Virus record (IMG/VR): IMGVR_UViG_3300045988_149468
Span: 75,803-139,802 of that record
DNA from: a virus
Strand: one strand, 5' to 3'
DNA length: 64,000 nt
In this document: piece by piece, positions 62,756 through 64,000 of the stretch
Numbering within the stretch: the first letter of the stretch is position 1
Layout of the letters: each line of letters opens with the position of its first letter
Notes under the pieces: generated by a model
What the model was told of the DNA's origin: nothing
What the model saw: only the letters and a program-made list of their open reading frames with translations
Database searches by the model: none
Position numbers and translations under genes: made by a program

Positions 62756-62844
62756 TATAAAATTTAAAACTTTTTCAAAAATATTTTTCCTACATTATAT
62801 ATAATATAAAAAAAACAAAAATCTAATTAATTTAATGAAAACAG

Positions 62845-62873
62845 TTGACAAATAATGTTTATTAATTTATATT
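62845..62873 (+). promoter_or_regulatory. sigma-A-type promoter, cassette copy (rightward)
   Basis: TTGACA, 17 nt, TATATT, then ttaattatagaaatcaataaggggg and ATG 62907. Confidence 0.65.
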
Positions 62874-62906
62874 TTAATTATAGAAATCAATAAGGGGGAA
62901 TAAAAA

Positions 62907-63146
62907 ATGAATTACAATGAAATGTTAAAAATAAGAATTGAAACAGACTTAAAATGGTGTAAACTAGATTTAGTAGCTAAATTAAAAAGTTTAACAGATA
63001 GTTTAAATCACGAAATAGAATTACTAGAAAATAATGAAAATTATACACCAAATTCAATGGGTATTATTCAAGGGGAAGCAAGTACAATTGATAATTTATG
63101 TGGAAAAATAAATGCCTTAGATGGTATAAATAAAATGTTAAAATAA
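62907..63146 (+). CDS. hypothetical protein
   Basis: Cassette-driven ORF. Confidence 0.45.
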   Translation: MNYNEMLKIRIETDLKWCKLDLVAKLKSLTDSLNHEIELLENNENYTPNSMGIIQGEASTIDNLCGKINALDGINKMLK

Positions 63147-63200
63147 TTATAAAGGTTTGAGGTAATCCTTTAAAACCTCAAAAAAATTTTAAAAAACAGC

Positions 63201-63229
63201 TTGACAAGTAATATTTATTAATATACAAT
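63201..63229 (+). promoter_or_regulatory. sigma-A-type promoter, cassette copy (rightward)
   Basis: TTGACA, 17 nt, TACAAT, then ataagtataaaaattaataataaataaggggg. Confidence 0.6.
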
Positions 63230-63263
63230 ATAAGTATAAAAATTAATAATAAATAAGGGGGAA

Positions 63264-63794
63264 ATGAAAATGAAAGCAAATAAAAAAATAATAGGATTAG
63301 TTATAGCAGGTGTAATAACTACAGGATTAGGATTTCATGTGGGGAATGTCAGATATGAAGATTATTTAGCTTCTAAAGAAAATGCAAAAACAGAACAAAT
63401 TACAACAGAAAATGAATATCAAAACATTAAAACTACTGAACAATCAACTGAAGAAAAACAAAAAGAAATATTAACAAATGCTTCAGATGAAGAATTAGCA
63501 TTAGCAACAGAAAAGACATTAGAAAAGAGTTTTGACCAAACTAAATATAAAATAGAAGTCGATGATTTAGATGACGCACTTATAATAAATGTAATAATAA
63601 GAGACTCAGACTTTACTGGCATATCTGAAAAAGCTTTAAATGAAATGATTATAAGTTACGGTTTAGATTCTAAAATGAATAAATTAGCAAACATGATCCA
63701 TGAAACTTACGAAATAAGTGGAAGAGATAAAAAAATTTTAGTTGCTGTATCTGATGATAATAGAAATGTATTATACGCTACAACTAATGATTAA
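63264..63794 (+). CDS. secreted or membrane-anchored protein
   Basis: The N-terminal KKIIGLVIAGVITTGLGF is a signal/anchor segment. Confidence 0.45.
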   Translation: MKMKANKKIIGLVIAGVITTGLGFHVGNVRYEDYLASKENAKTEQITTENEYQNIKTTEQSTEEKQKEILTNASDEELALATEKTLEKSFDQTKYKIEVDDLDDALIINVIIRDSDFTGISEKALNEMIISYGLDSKMNKLANMIHETYEISGRDKKILVAVSDDNRNVLYATTND

Positions 63795-63800
63795 AAAATC

Positions 63801-63829
63801 TTGATAAATAATTCCAGATATGATATAAT
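63801..63829 (+). promoter_or_regulatory. extended -10 promoter with no ORF downstream
   Basis: TTGATA, 17 nt, TGaTATAAT. Confidence 0.55.
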
Positions 63830-63835
63830 ATACTT

Positions 63836-63911
63836 GTGAATATAAAAATTAACTTTTATTTAAATGTAAAGATAGGTGAATTTGTTACTTTTCCCTATCT
63901 TCTTTTTTTTT
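63836..63911 (+). ncRNA. candidate small RNA (about 75 nt) bounded by its own promoter and terminator
   Basis: No start codon with SD. 7-bp stem agatagg / cctatct (63870-63900) followed by tc plus a 9-T run. The next promoter starts at 63934. Confidence 0.4.
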
Positions 63912-63933
63912 GCTTATTTTTATAAATTTACTA

Positions 63934-63962
63934 TTGACAAATTACAAAATAGAAATTATAAT
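63934..63962 (+). promoter_or_regulatory. sigma-A-type promoter, cassette copy (gene beyond window)
   Basis: TTGACA, 17 nt, TATAAT, then gtaaatataataattaataagac. Confidence 0.6.
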
Positions 63963-64000
63963 GTAAATATAATAATTAATAAGACATTAAATTTATCAAC

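Noticed and set aside
1785-63622. Antisense track ORFs nested inside longer genes: 1785..2003, 8043..8351, 14000..14212, 15907..16158, 17209..17577, 17408..17701, 18636..18827, 19386..19598, 22948..23196, 25968..26156, 28066..28251, 30796..30987, 31394..31576, 32807..33001, 40749..40934, 41706..41927, 47983..48201, 49555..49740, 54568..54930, 57475..57684, 58092..58295, 58805..59023, 61295..61486, 63419..63622
   Set aside because: Each lies opposite a longer ORF that has recognisable motifs or SD-led packing. They lack SD sequences and have low-complexity F/L/I/S-rich translations, as expected from reading AT-rich coding DNA backwards.
1-64000. Search for tRNA, rRNA and CRISPR arrays, especially in the GC-richer spacers (11149-11192, 18461-18595, 24609-24865, 26950-27129, 48230-48445, 54900-54970, 57651-57749)
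   Set aside because: There are no GTTCRANYC-type T-loops with matching acceptor stems. No regularly spaced direct repeats of 24-40 bp were seen. The only tandem repeat is the 14-bp unit at 54976-55011.
1-64000. Diversity-generating retroelement, retron or other RT-based system near the tail-fibre genes
   Set aside because: No reverse-transcriptase-like ORF (no YxDD motif protein) and no template/variable repeat pair were seen.

Overview
Very AT-rich DNA with Firmicutes-style AGGAGG ribosome-binding sites. It reads as a large Clostridium-like phage or prophage. All homology calls come from motif recognition by eye; no searches were run.

Layout:
- 1-3978 (+): end of a late operon, with a tail fibre carrying a LamG-like domain, a Big_2 plus beta-helix tailspike, and a hexapeptide acetyltransferase.
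- 4397-8625 (+): accessory module of tyrosine recombinase, RHH-like protein, two small membrane proteins and a 736-aa FtsK/HerA/VirB4-VirD4-like ATPase.
- 8632-9028: convergent terminators.
- 9044-62665 (-): about 54 kb of tightly packed early and replication genes. Recognised products are class II RNR, a dnaE split by a group I intron carrying a GIY-YIG endonuclease gene, DnaB-like helicase, primase, an SSB-like protein ending DDDLLPF, a Sak4-like ATPase, a Cas4-like nuclease, RuvC, dUTPase, ThyX, a ClpP-like protease, two paralogous sigma factors, YopX, and Rha/Bro regulators.
- From 62845 (+): divergent rightward genes.

Mobile and selfish content is high:
- An ISL3 element (44690-46825) with an exact 8-bp target duplication splits a phage gene in frame.
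- Two TnpB genes, one followed by a GC-enriched omega-RNA-like tail.
- Two HNH, two GIY-YIG and one T5orf172 protein, plus three paralogous AP2-type endonuclease-like genes.
- Two active tyrosine recombinases and one degenerate one.

The most striking sequence-level signal is one promoter-plus-leader cassette, TTGACA-17 nt-TATAAT followed by ATATAnAATTAATAAGGAG, reused before dozens of genes on both strands. Its leader half also occurs without a promoter, and in a few places without a gene.

No rRNA, tRNA or CRISPR array was seen. Most small proteins have no recognisable function.
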